A DNA stretch of 64,000 nt from an uncultured Parcubacteria group bacterium. Lineage in GTDB: Bacteria > Patescibacteriota > Minisyncoccia > UBA6257 > 2-01-FULL-56-20. How positions within the stretch are numbered: the stretch's first letter is position 1; every line of letters begins with the position of its first letter. A model generated the notes under the pieces. The model ran no database searches, was not told where the DNA came from, and was given only the letters and a program-made list of their open reading frames with translations. Positions 49,340-58,789 of the stretch are shown piece by piece. The position numbers and the translations under genes are program-made. The stretch covers positions 9,425 through 73,424 of the forward strand of contig CAJAQL010000006.1 in NCBI GenBank assembly GCA_903944135.1, read 5' to 3'.

Positions 49340-49412
49340 AGCCGTTGGCCGGATTTGAACCGGCGACCTACTCCTTACCATGGAGTTGCTCTACCAGCTG
49401 AGCTACAACGGC
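49340..49412 (-). tRNA. tRNA-Thr (GGT)
   Basis: GCCGTTG/CAACGGC stem, anticodon arm ACTCC-ATGGTAA-GGAGT, GGTTCAAATCC T-arm. Confidence 0.95.
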
Positions 49413-49474
49413 AGTACTGATTTTTCCGCCTGCTCAGATTACCGCAATACCGGAGAATCGGCAATACCGATGTC

Positions 49475-50524
49475 CTATTTTTCAGCCCTATCCGTGATAA
49501 GTGTCGGATAGATTTCAAACAGCGTGAGCGAAAAGCTCAGCACCAATGGACCGAGGAACAGGCCTATCGGACCGAAGAACGAAAGACCGCCAAGCACGCT
49601 TAAAAGAAGAAGCAAGGGATGGATATGCGTACCGCGCCCTATGAAAAGCGGATGCAAAATATTCTCCATAAGCATGGAAACGATGAATGCGATGACCGCA
49701 AAGATGATCGCCTTCACAATTCCCGCGACGAGGGCCACATAGAGGATACCGGGAATGACGATCAGTGAGACTCCAATGACCGGAATGAAAGCGATCGGCA
49801 CCGAAAGAGCGCCCCACAGAACAGGATTCGGAACGCCGAATATCAGAAATTCGATGCCGACCACAACGCCCCATACGATTGCCATGAGAAGCGACCCGCG
49901 GACAACGGATGTTGTCGTATCCACCATCTTTTGCACGATCTCGTTCGCGCGCTCATCCGTCAGCGGCACACCGCGCACGATAAGCTTGCGCAATTTTCCA
50001 CCATCCTTCAATAAATAAAAGAATGCGAAGAACGCCAGGAAAAACGTCCACGCGACCATGCCCATGCTCGAGAGGAAATTACCGGCGTTCGCCACGATCG
50101 TTCCCATGGCCTGCGTCGCATATTGGCTCACGTTAAAATTCGCAAACGCGAACGTGCCGCTGGATTGATGGAAAATTTCCATCAGACTTCCTAGTTTTGC
50201 AGTGACGAGACTTTCAAGCGAAGAAATCCCCCCGGCAGCAAGATGGGCATACAATCCCTGTGCCTCGGAGAACAATGCGTAACCGAACATGGTAAGCGGC
50301 ACCACGATCACGATCGCCGCAAGGAGGATCGTGAGAAATGCCGCAAGACCGTCATGGTTCGGCATGCCGCGCTGGATGCGGAGATAGATCGGATGGAAAA
50401 ATATCGCGAATGCCGCACCGAGGACGATCACGTTCAGCTCGGGAAGAAAAACGAACGCCGCGAGCACGATCGCACAAATGAGCATCACGATAAAAAACGG
50501 TTTTTCCAATCGTTCGGAATTCAT
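49475..50524 (-). CDS. AI-2E family transporter
   Basis: F.FFYLLKDG, P.P.LWG, N.L.P..IG, HPLL.LLS.LGG..FFG..G..LGP. Confidence 0.9.
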   Translation of the reverse strand: MNSERLEKPFFIVMLICAIVLAAFVFLPELNVIVLGAAFAIFFHPIYLRIQRGMPNHDGLAAFLTILLAAIVIVVPLTMFGYALFSEAQGLYAHLAAGGISSLESLVTAKLGSLMEIFHQSSGTFAFANFNVSQYATQAMGTIVANAGNFLSSMGMVAWTFFLAFFAFFYLLKDGGKLRKLIVRGVPLTDERANEIVQKMVDTTTSVVRGSLLMAIVWGVVVGIEFLIFGVPNPVLWGALSVPIAFIPVIGVSLIVIPGILYVALVAGIVKAIIFAVIAFIVSMLMENILHPLFIGRGTHIHPLLLLLSVLGGLSFFGPIGLFLGPLVLSFSLTLFEIYPTLITDRAEK

Positions 50525-50540
50525 GATATAAGTATAGCAT

Positions 50541-51101
50541 ATGATTATCATCGGCATCACGGGAACCTTGGGCGCCGGAAAAGGAACGGTCGTCGATTAT
50601 CTTACGACCAAAGGATTTGTTCACTATTCTGCGCGCGATTTCATCATCCGTGAGATCGAACGGCGCGGTCTTCCGGTAGATCGCGACAGCATGACCATGA
50701 TCGCAAACGATATGCGTTCGACCCACTCACCAAGCTACATCGCCGAGATGCTTTATAACGAAGCAAAAAGCGCGGGGCAGGATGCCGTCATTGAATCGCT
50801 CCGCACCGAGGGCGAGATCTTATCGCTTCGACAAAACGGAAATTTCCACCTCCTTGCCGTGGATGCCGATCCAAAGCTCCGTTATGAACGCATTACCCTG
50901 CGCGCAAGCGAAACCGACAAAATACCTTTCGAAAAATTCATCGCCGATGAAGCGCGCGAAATGCATGCAACCGATCCGAACAAGCAGAATCTTGCACGCT
51001 GCATCGAGCTTGCCGATGCACGCCTCGTAAACAACGGCACCGTGAATGACCTATACGTTCAGGTTGATAGTATCCTCAAGAGGATCGACATTGCCCAATA
51101 A
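50541..51101 (+). CDS. P-loop nucleotide kinase (dephospho-CoA kinase-like)
   Basis: IIGITGTLGAGKGT, R.ERI..R, AD..L.NNG. Confidence 0.75.
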   Translation: MIIIGITGTLGAGKGTVVDYLTTKGFVHYSARDFIIREIERRGLPVDRDSMTMIANDMRSTHSPSYIAEMLYNEAKSAGQDAVIESLRTEGEILSLRQNGNFHLLAVDADPKLRYERITLRASETDKIPFEKFIADEAREMHATDPNKQNLARCIELADARLVNNGTVNDLYVQVDSILKRIDIAQ

Positions 51102-51129
51102 AAACCTCATATTTTGCCGATTTTTCCCC

Positions 51130-51138
51130 TGTGGATAA
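51130..51138 (-). promoter_or_regulatory. DnaA-box consensus match upstream of lexA
   Basis: TGTGGATAA on + strand. Confidence 0.3.
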
Positions 51139-51203
51139 CTGCCCTTTTGACGAAGCGGCGGTATGCTTGTTATAGTTAAGTAGTCGAAAATAAATCGAAA
51201 GTG

Positions 51204-51304
51204 TGTCATTCCGAATTTCTCTGTCGTTCCCGCAAAAGCGGGAACCCAGAAAAAACTGGATCCCCGCATGCGCGGGGACGACAGAAACAAAGCTCGGAAT
51301 GACA
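51204..51304. repeat. Nested palindromic repeat dimers in lexA leader
   Basis: Outer TGTCATTCCGA..TCGGAATGACA encloses inner pair at 51222-51249 and 51256-51283. Confidence 0.75.
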
Positions 51305-51320
51305 AATGACACATAAATCT

Positions 51321-51932
51321 ATGACCAACATAACAAAACGCCAGAAAGAAACGCTCGATTTCATCAAGGCCTATCAGGCGAAAAATGGGTATGCGCCTTC
51401 GCTTGAAGAGATCAAGACCTATCTCAAGCTCTCCTCGGTTTCCACGGCGCATCATCATGTGAAAGCGCTCGAGGAGCAAGGTTATCTTCAGAAAGACGAT
51501 AACCAGCCGCGCGGGATCAGCGTGAACACCGCGGAGCAGATGGTACAGATCCCGCTCAAGGGTCTCATTGCAGCTGGAACTCCGATCATGGCGCTCGAAC
51601 AGCAGGAGATCATCGCCGTGCCGCGTAACCGCCTGCCCCGGGAAGTGAAGAATATCTACGCCCTGAAGGTCGTCGGTCAAAGTATGATCGACGAGAACAT
51701 CAATGACGGCGACATCGTGCTCGTACGTCATCAGGCGACCGCAAATAACGGCGAGAAGGTGGTCGCGCTCATCGACAACAATGACGTGACGCTCAAAACG
51801 TTCTTCGCCGAAAACGGCCAGATCCGTCTCCAGCCCGCCAACAAGAAGATGCAGCCCATCATCGTCCGCAAAGGCAATACTGGTTTCGCGATCCAGGGCA
51901 TCGTCCTCGATGTGATCAAAAATTTCGCATAA
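51321..51932 (+). CDS. lexA: SOS repressor LexA
   Basis: T.RQ.E.L.FI, GY.PS..EI, IAAG.P cleavage site, G.SM, TLK catalytic Lys. Confidence 0.9.
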   Translation: MTNITKRQKETLDFIKAYQAKNGYAPSLEEIKTYLKLSSVSTAHHHVKALEEQGYLQKDDNQPRGISVNTAEQMVQIPLKGLIAAGTPIMALEQQEIIAVPRNRLPREVKNIYALKVVGQSMIDENINDGDIVLVRHQATANNGEKVVALIDNNDVTLKTFFAENGQIRLQPANKKMQPIIVRKGNTGFAIQGIVLDVIKNFA

Positions 51933-52024
51933 AACCGCTTTTAGTATTCCCTTTTTATAGTCATGAAAAAGGCGGACTTCCCTCGGAAAGTCCGCCTTGC
52001 TTATATGCTATCCACCGCAGAATC

Positions 52025-52219
52025 CTACATCGGATTCCAGCGCGGGCCGAAGAGAAACACAAGGACAAAGAGCAGGATCGCCATGACGAAGAAAATGATC
52101 TTCCTCGCCCGCTTCGAACGAACGATCTCGCGCAGCATCAGAAACAGGACGCCTGCGCCGCCGATCATGAGAATCGCTCCCATGAAACCAGCTCTAACGA
52201 ACAAACTCCACCAACCCAT
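52025..52219 (-). CDS. 64-aa two-TM orphan peptide
   Basis: GAGGAGGGG SD; TTGACA..CATAAT promoter at 52273-52300; hairpin at about 51969-51998. Confidence 0.6.
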   Translation of the reverse strand: MGWWSLFVRAGFMGAILMIGGAGVLFLMLREIVRSKRARKIIFFVMAILLFVLVFLFGPRWNPM

Positions 52220-52395
52220 AATCCCCTCCTCTCGGATCTTTTTGATCCGCTAAAAACCTATCTGCGAATTGAATTATGGCATGATATAAAATATTGTCAA
52301 ACGCCAGGCAGAGGCCTCTCGTAGAAAAAGAAACCCCGCCTCATGGAAGCGCGGGGTTTCCTGAACGCGGGGGTTTATGGCATTTGGCATTGCCG

Positions 52396-52584
52396 CTAGA
52401 ACCAACAAATTCGCTGGCCCCAGAAGGAATCATGAACGATGATCATGGTGGAATGACGACGGTGACGTCGACGGAACGAAGCTATGCAATACCAGCTTCG
52501 TGAGACGTACCGAAACCGCATCTGCTGTGGAGGCGGCAAACGCCGCTTGTGCTGACCATCACGGCCCCTCATCTCTTGTACCAT
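52396..52584 (-). CDS. 62-aa Arg-rich orphan peptide
   Basis: AAAGGAG SD; GAAACCCCGC/GCGGGGTTTC hairpin with T-run downstream. Confidence 0.45.
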   Translation of the reverse strand: MVQEMRGRDGQHKRRLPPPQQMRFRYVSRSWYCIASFRRRHRRHSTMIIVHDSFWGQRICWF

Positions 52585-52657
52585 AGGGCTGCTCCTTTCT
52601 CTGAAGAAAATTCAAACACATATCTGAATTTAAAGCAAGAACCGCGAAAGAAGGAAT

Positions 52658-53182
52658 TTACCGCGACGTATTGCTGCGATGTTTTTCAAGATTATCACGA
52701 TGCGTCTCTATGGCATCCAACTTACGTAAGAAGTCTTTTATAAGATCCGGCATGTCATAGAGCGAGATCTCGGGTCCTATCTTTGCATATCGCCCAATAA
52801 TCTCCAGAGCATTTCGCGTCGCTTCGGGCAGTATCGCCGAATTCTCCTCGAGTTCCCCGAATGTAACATGTTGAGGATCCCTGAAAAGTTCCGGCACGGG
52901 TTCGACCGTCAAACCGTCGATCAAAATCTTTCTTGCATCTTTTAATTTTTCGATCGCTTCCGAAAGTTCGCCATCGGGAATATCGGTTTTAAAAAGCGAT
53001 CCTTCAGGATAATTTACGGCGCCCACCTCATGGTCCGACGCTTTCGTATCGAATTCAAAATCGGTCTTTTCGCCTTGTGCGAGCTCCTGCCGCGCCGCGC
53101 CCGCAACCGCAGGATCGATCGGTTTCCCTTCATTTGCCGCCAAGTATTCCAAAAATTCCTTCCCTGGATTTTCTGTTTTCAT
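52658..53182 (-). CDS. Acidic hypothetical protein
   Basis: Intact ORF, TATGAT 6 nt upstream of ATG. Confidence 0.65.
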   Translation of the reverse strand: MKTENPGKEFLEYLAANEGKPIDPAVAGAARQELAQGEKTDFEFDTKASDHEVGAVNYPEGSLFKTDIPDGELSEAIEKLKDARKILIDGLTVEPVPELFRDPQHVTFGELEENSAILPEATRNALEIIGRYAKIGPEISLYDMPDLIKDFLRKLDAIETHRDNLEKHRSNTSR

Positions 53183-53239
53183 ACTTACATCATATCAAAA
53201 TAACCGCACAAACAACACTTACATGAAGCCATCAATTGA

Positions 53240-53842
53240 TTATATGGATTTCAATATCCTCAGAATGGCCTTCTGATATTCCGGATACCTGATATCATGG
53301 GGTGCGTCCTTCACCACAACCAGCTTCGAACGTTTCGCCAAGCTTGCCGTCTCTTCGCACCGTATTCTGAGCGAAGGGAATTTTTTCCCTTCGAATCCTC
53401 CATAAAATACAACCGAGGGGATCTGCAGATTTTGAGCCGCTTCCCTGCCGCTGCGTTGCTTGATTTCAGCCAGTCTCCTCTTGCCGACGAACCGGTCGAT
53501 CCAAGATTTCATTTCGGGAGACTTCATCATCGGAAGATCCTCCTTGAAATCGGGACTCAGCGAACAAAGATAGACTTTTTTAGGATGAAGATCGTTCGCC
53601 GACAAGAGGGCGATCACCGCACCATAAGAAAAACCAAGCAGATAATTTTCTTCCGATCTGTTTTTCTTGTAAAAACCCTTGAACTCGGCGACATAATCGT
53701 TCATCGTCCGATAATTCCATGTGATAGGCGCGATCGATACCCTAAAACCTTTTTGCTCCAAAAATCTTCGAAGCCAAAAAAACGAACGGCTCGTAGATGA
53801 CATCTTGAAACCGGGGACGATAAAGAAAGTTTTACGAGTCAT
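53240..53842 (-). CDS. Alpha/beta hydrolase fold protein
   Basis: VPGF, GFSYG nucleophile elbow, terminal APH. Confidence 0.75.
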   Translation of the reverse strand: MTRKTFFIVPGFKMSSTSRSFFWLRRFLEQKGFRVSIAPITWNYRTMNDYVAEFKGFYKKNRSEENYLLGFSYGAVIALLSANDLHPKKVYLCSLSPDFKEDLPMMKSPEMKSWIDRFVGKRRLAEIKQRSGREAAQNLQIPSVVFYGGFEGKKFPSLRIRCEETASLAKRSKLVVVKDAPHDIRYPEYQKAILRILKSI

Positions 53843-53882
53843 GGATTCCGAAGTATACCTATATGAACATTGAAAATCTCAA

Positions 53883-53978
53883 GTGGAGATGGTTGAGGAA
53901 AGTTGGAACCAGCTGGAAAGCTTCATTTTGAAATGGGGTGAGGTGATAAAAGATCGAGAAATGACGAGAATTAGCTAG
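53883..53978 (+). other. Left att site with displaced 3' end of recombinase (VEMVEESWNQLESFILKWGEVIKDREMTRIS*)
   Basis: Open frame begins at the att core in the same codon phase as recombinase codons GTG GAG at 60795. Confidence 0.65.
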
Positions 53979-54161
53979 AAATCCTCCTCCGCTAATACAC
54001 ATGATTAAGATTGAACCTAGTAAGAAGGAATGCAGGATAAGGCGGCCTCATAAAAAGAAATCTATCGCCAAAGCCTCACTATTAGAGAAATTAAGGGGTT
54101 GATCGCTTTAAGCTCTTAGAGATCAGCTAGTAATTCCGTACGTCCCCCTGAATCAAAAACA

Positions 54162-54635
54162 ATGTTTCAAAACACATACGAACAACGCAAGGGAGCTATC
54201 CGAGCCCGCATACATATCAACGATTACATGCGTCGCTATGCGTGGGAACTATTCAAGGGTAATCGACGACCCGTGATGAGAACGCTCTCGGACGCAGACT
54301 ATTATAAAAAGCTTTTCAGCGACCCTCTACACTCACCCATACGCTCAATGCTCGGCATCCCTTCCGGTGAGCTTTATAAATACTGCCAAGAGCTTGATTA
54401 TATCTCCTCAAACCTCGGTAGGGGTTTTATCTTCTATTTCATCTGCACTTGGTGCACTCGGAGGGTGAAATGCCTCTATGTTGACGAGAGTCTTGAGGCA
54501 ATGCTCTGCCGAAAATGTATCAAGCTTCCTTATCGACAGTCATCACGACCCGAACGGTACGCTTCGCGTTATATTCGGAGGCATCCAGAGCTGGTAAAAC
54601 GCTTAATTGATTCTGGCGAAATTCCTATTTATTGA
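54162..54635 (+). CDS. Hypothetical zinc-ribbon protein
   Basis: YFICTWCTRRVKCLY...LCRKC..L.Y..S. Confidence 0.7.
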   Translation: MFQNTYEQRKGAIRARIHINDYMRRYAWELFKGNRRPVMRTLSDADYYKKLFSDPLHSPIRSMLGIPSGELYKYCQELDYISSNLGRGFIFYFICTWCTRRVKCLYVDESLEAMLCRKCIKLPYRQSSRPERYASRYIRRHPELVKRLIDSGEIPIY

Positions 54636-54711
54636 ATACCTGCGCTCGGGTAGATGCATTTCAAGGGAATTATATACTTTGTAATATCGAACCTGTATAA
54701 TAAAAATATAA

Positions 54712-55560
54712 ATGGAGAAAGTTGAAATTGAAATAGAGTACGATGGTAAAGACGTAGAAGACGGAACTATGTCCTTAGAGGATATGATTCCAGCTCTACA
54801 AGGGCTGTCCAGCGCATATGGGAAGATTGCGATACTTCAAAATCCTGAGGCGCGTCATAATTTGCGAGTTACGGGAGTTGGAAAAGGAACATTCCATATT
54901 CTTATAGAAGCATGGAATCTAGCCGTTCAGAATAAGGATGGAATAATGCTTGCGGCGGCGATGACGGGAATAGCAGAGCCTTCCTTTAAGGTTGTGAAAG
55001 CGATAATTGGCGTAGCTACGACGACAAAGCACGTACAAAATAAGCCTTATACGGAAAAGATAAACGGAGTACAGCAGAGTATTACGATAACCAACTGTGA
55101 AAATGTCACCCTAGAAGTACCGTTGGAAATCTATCAGATTTATAAAGACGGCATGATAAAACAAGACTTGAATAAAATTACTGGATCGCTCGCGGAAGGG
55201 AAAATTGATAGTACCACTCTTAAAGCGAAATCAGAAAAAGAAAGCATAGAGGAAAAAATAACCTTGTCGGAGAAAAAGTTTTTTGAGGTAGAGGAAATCG
55301 TTACTACGGTTACAAAGGAAATGTGGCTTACGGGAGTTTTGAACTCTCTCGCAAAATCTACTAACCGAGGCAGCTTTTATCTCAACGACGGAACACGAGT
55401 ATCTTATCATTTGGGAGGCGATAATCCAGAAAAATTGTATCAGTTCTTTATTTATAAAGGGATAGTGCGAGTGAAATGTACGGCTTCCTTGGACGAGAAT
55501 CTAAAGCCAATACAAATCGAGATTTTGGAGATAAATCAGGTTGAACAACCACTTTTGTAG
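54712..55560 (+). CDS. Hypothetical island protein
   Basis: 282-aa intact ORF with TATAAT upstream; I.YDG...M and KG.F N-terminal motifs. Confidence 0.7.
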   Translation: MEKVEIEIEYDGKDVEDGTMSLEDMIPALQGLSSAYGKIAILQNPEARHNLRVTGVGKGTFHILIEAWNLAVQNKDGIMLAAAMTGIAEPSFKVVKAIIGVATTTKHVQNKPYTEKINGVQQSITITNCENVTLEVPLEIYQIYKDGMIKQDLNKITGSLAEGKIDSTTLKAKSEKESIEEKITLSEKKFFEVEEIVTTVTKEMWLTGVLNSLAKSTNRGSFYLNDGTRVSYHLGGDNPEKLYQFFIYKGIVRVKCTASLDENLKPIQIEILEINQVEQPLL

Positions 55561-55593
55561 TTATCCGCATTTCGTATTCACTTGCATGATAAA

Positions 55594-56967
55594 TTAATTC
55601 GTTGATTGAGCGGCCAAGGTATAGGCTTGGATATATCCAATCCCCGCCGTGAGTCCAGATTCTCCGAGCGTCGGGATACCTAAAATACATGGCCCCTTGT
55701 TCAAGATAGCAACACCACCAGAATTGCCATGGTCGATTGCTGCGTTGGTTTTATAGATTGGGCCGGGAAGAATCCCGCTTATGATTCCTTGGGTTACGGT
55801 TTCTGAAATACCGAGAAGATTGCCGGAGCTAGGATAGCCAAATATGGTAACAGTGTCTCCAACATTTACATTAGAACATCCTGAATGTGGAAATTCTGGC
55901 AGATTGTTAATGGCGGGAATAGGACTCAATGTAACTGACGACGGAAGCGGCGTATCGAGAGCAAAAATAGCAGCGTCCTCGTATGTATTTGGGTTATAAT
56001 GAGAATCGATTAAAGCTAACTTATAGTCTCCATAGCCTTCGTTATAACCAAAGTTTGGAGGCTCAGGATATACGGCGTAACAAGCAGGCAATGGCCCACC
56101 TTGGCTTGCCAATTCTGCTTCTGCAAGAACGTGAAAATTCGTTTCAATATCTATATTAGTTGAAGCAATGTTCTTGGTATTCGAACGAAATGAAACACCC
56201 GATCCACTGACCACAACGCTTGAATTAGATGCGTAGCAATTTATTTCAACGATAGTTGGCTCGATTTGATTAATAAGAGATGGCGTAAGGCCCTCGCTTG
56301 CGTTCAGTGAAGTATTTTGAGGCTGCTGAACGGTTGGCGACGAGTTCTGTTGTGATTGCGGTGCGCTATTGTTGCTGGACGTTGTAAAACTTAATGAAGA
56401 TAAAAATGTGTTCTCTAACTGCTGATCTTCTTGTCCTTCCCAATAAAAATAATCAAGCATGTATAAATCATTTCCCTTCAATACATCCATTCCTGATTGA
56501 TATAGAATCGGCTGTGATTGATCAACCTGATTGGAGCTAATATATTTTATGGCCGGGTAGCCCTTAAAGGTTGTTAAACTCGAAGAAACAACTTTGGAAC
56601 CGCCGGAAGTCCCGGTGTATTGAAGCTCGGCTTCAAGATCGGCATCGGCGGACGCGGCTGAACCAGCGAATGCGGATGCAATGTGAGTCGCCTCAAGAGA
56701 GGGATTATTTATACCGTTACCAATACTCCCCCAAGAATAATTGTCATCAGATACGCTATTCCCCTTTGTAAGCTCTTGAGAGGCTGAGGAGTAAGTCGGC
56801 TGATCGGGGAAATAAACGGAGAAGCTGCCATGCTCCAAATTATAACCTTGACCTCCGTTAGCGCTACTGGAAGAATTTTCGGAGATAATAACAACGCCCC
56901 AAATAATAAATGCTACTATTCCTAGACCTATCCAAACTCCTTTGTACGATTCTTTTGCTTCCGGCAT
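55594..56967 (-). CDS. Membrane-anchored trypsin-like (S1C-like) serine protease with PsbP-like N-domain
   Basis: TM anchor; SGSG, TNFHV, D.A, FGYP, T.GIISG, IDHGNSGG. Confidence 0.8.
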   Translation of the reverse strand: MPEAKESYKGVWIGLGIVAFIIWGVVIISENSSSSANGGQGYNLEHGSFSVYFPDQPTYSSASQELTKGNSVSDDNYSWGSIGNGINNPSLEATHIASAFAGSAASADADLEAELQYTGTSGGSKVVSSSLTTFKGYPAIKYISSNQVDQSQPILYQSGMDVLKGNDLYMLDYFYWEGQEDQQLENTFLSSLSFTTSSNNSAPQSQQNSSPTVQQPQNTSLNASEGLTPSLINQIEPTIVEINCYASNSSVVVSGSGVSFRSNTKNIASTNIDIETNFHVLAEAELASQGGPLPACYAVYPEPPNFGYNEGYGDYKLALIDSHYNPNTYEDAAIFALDTPLPSSVTLSPIPAINNLPEFPHSGCSNVNVGDTVTIFGYPSSGNLLGISETVTQGIISGILPGPIYKTNAAIDHGNSGGVAILNKGPCILGIPTLGESGLTAGIGYIQAYTLAAQSTN

Positions 56968-56981
56968 GGGTGATGTGTGGG

Positions 56982-57704
56982 CTATTCGCTTTGAATATCA
57001 TTCGCCTCTTTTTCTGCGGAAGCGACGCACTCATTCGCCTTCTCTTGCGCTTGGAGACCTTGTACTCCACCCGCTTCGCTTAGATTGGAAGAAGAAGAAC
57101 ATTCTTCATTTTGTGATTGTTCATATTCAATCTGGGATTCGATGCTCGCACCAACAGAGCGGGCTTGATCAATCTTCTGTTGCGCCTCTGCATTTTGCAA
57201 AGTGATTTGAGCAGCTTGCAATAAGGGATTGTAAAGCGCACTCAATAGATTTTGCTCTCCCGTATATTCACTCATACCAGTTCCCGCCCCAACTGTTGCT
57301 CGGAGTTGAGCATAGCGCGTTTGCAGACTATATAGATTTTGTGTTGAGTTATTTATCGCCTCACTGTCAAAGCTGAGATAGCTCTCGTTTGCGAATTGCG
57401 TTTGCTGATCCAAAATAGTAGGCGTTGGACATCCTGCCGGAACTAATGATAATTGGCTCGCGTTGATAATTTCTGAGGGGCAGTTGGAGGGCGTAGAAAC
57501 GATTGTGTTTGGTTGGGATGTGGATTGAGACGTTGAGCTCGATGAATTAACTGAGGGTGAAGTATTTGATTGTAGCGCTTGAGTAGCCATACTGATCGCT
57601 TGGGTGGCAAGGGTCTGTGCCTGCGCACTATTGGCCGTACTGGGGTTTGAAAGCAGCGTCAAAACAAGTTGGAGAAGAACAACTATTGAAGATAAATTTG
57701 CCAT
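56982..57704 (-). CDS. Secreted Ser/Gln-rich helical protein
   Basis: Signal-like N-terminus MANLSSIVVLLQLVLTLL; low complexity; start placed at ATG 57704. Confidence 0.65.
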   Translation of the reverse strand: MANLSSIVVLLQLVLTLLSNPSTANSAQAQTLATQAISMATQALQSNTSPSVNSSSSTSQSTSQPNTIVSTPSNCPSEIINASQLSLVPAGCPTPTILDQQTQFANESYLSFDSEAINNSTQNLYSLQTRYAQLRATVGAGTGMSEYTGEQNLLSALYNPLLQAAQITLQNAEAQQKIDQARSVGASIESQIEYEQSQNEECSSSSNLSEAGGVQGLQAQEKANECVASAEKEANDIQSE

Positions 57705-57729
57705 GATATTTTTATTAAAATTTTTATTC

Positions 57730-57869
57730 CATGGCGTGGAGATCGGCCTCAATAACACAAAACTCCACGCTGTGCCTGAGCCTTGCGGCTCCATAGCCCT
57801 TTCGAGCCATGACCCTAGACGAGTGGCCAAACGTGGAGTTTGGTATCGTCTAGGGTGTTTCGCGCCATG
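57730..57869 (-). ncRNA. Candidate structured RNA (C4-antisense-like architecture)
   Basis: Closing stem CATGGCG/CGCCATG, 11-bp stem, two GNRA hairpins, CTCCACG/CGTGGAG alternative pairings. Confidence 0.45.
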
Positions 57870-57949
57870 CCCTGATTGCTCAAAGATTTAGGCGACTTAT
57901 ATTAAGTTGTGCTTTCAATGTAACATCGTTCCGACGACTTGTTAAGTCG

Positions 57950-58789
57950 ATGGAAAAATGTCGAAAAATGTCGGATAATAAAGTAACTACGGTGGACTAT
58001 AAAAAAATCGGCCTGCGATATAGAGAACGTTTAGCAACGCTTCGCGCTACGCCAGATTTTGATGAATTTTTGATCGAAACGATAAGACTCGATATGGAGT
58101 TGGAGCAATCGAGGAGAACCGACGGGTATAATTTCGAACCAGCAATTAAAATTCATATCGAGAAAATGCGCCTCATTGAAGGCCTGATTAAAAAATTCCA
58201 TTTGCCGCCACCTTTCCGCAACATCCTTGAAAACCCTTTTTATCCAGAAGCTAATGGCCTATACTTTGCACCTTATCGAATCGATCCGCAGGTTATCCCC
58301 GTTGCCAAAGGTGAATTTGAGCATCCACGCATTTCTGGCGAACCCCTCGATTCGTTAACGGTCACGATTTACGGCAGGCTTTCTACGGAAGATTGGGCTT
58401 CTCTAAAAGAACGTATTGAACGTTTGCAGGACGTAGCTTTCGATACCGAGGCGATTCATCCATTCCGACGTAGTAAAAATATCGATGAGAAGGTTAGAAT
58501 TGTTAAAGAAATGGCTACTCGAAAACCAAGGAGAGTCCGTAAAGAAAATGTCGAGCATAATTATATCGACATTCTTGAGAAATCAATGGGAAAATTATCC
58601 ATCTCAAAAAAGCGAGAGTTTTCTAAACTACATCCTTGGAGCGTGCGAAAGGTTATCGAGAATGGCAGGAGCAGTGCAGATGTGGCCTCACAACTCGGTC
58701 GGCGTAGCAAATCAAAAGATAAGGGCGCTGCTGTCCGAAAGACGCTTTCGCGCTTCAAGAATGCAAAAAAGCGGACAAAAGCACCATAG
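57950..58789 (+). CDS. Hypothetical basic protein, possible C-terminal HTH
   Basis: Intact ORF (start may be 57968); C-terminal SSADVASQLG...AVRKTLSRF. Confidence 0.6.
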   Translation: MEKCRKMSDNKVTTVDYKKIGLRYRERLATLRATPDFDEFLIETIRLDMELEQSRRTDGYNFEPAIKIHIEKMRLIEGLIKKFHLPPPFRNILENPFYPEANGLYFAPYRIDPQVIPVAKGEFEHPRISGEPLDSLTVTIYGRLSTEDWASLKERIERLQDVAFDTEAIHPFRRSKNIDEKVRIVKEMATRKPRRVRKENVEHNYIDILEKSMGKLSISKKREFSKLHPWSVRKVIENGRSSADVASQLGRRSKSKDKGAAVRKTLSRFKNAKKRTKAP

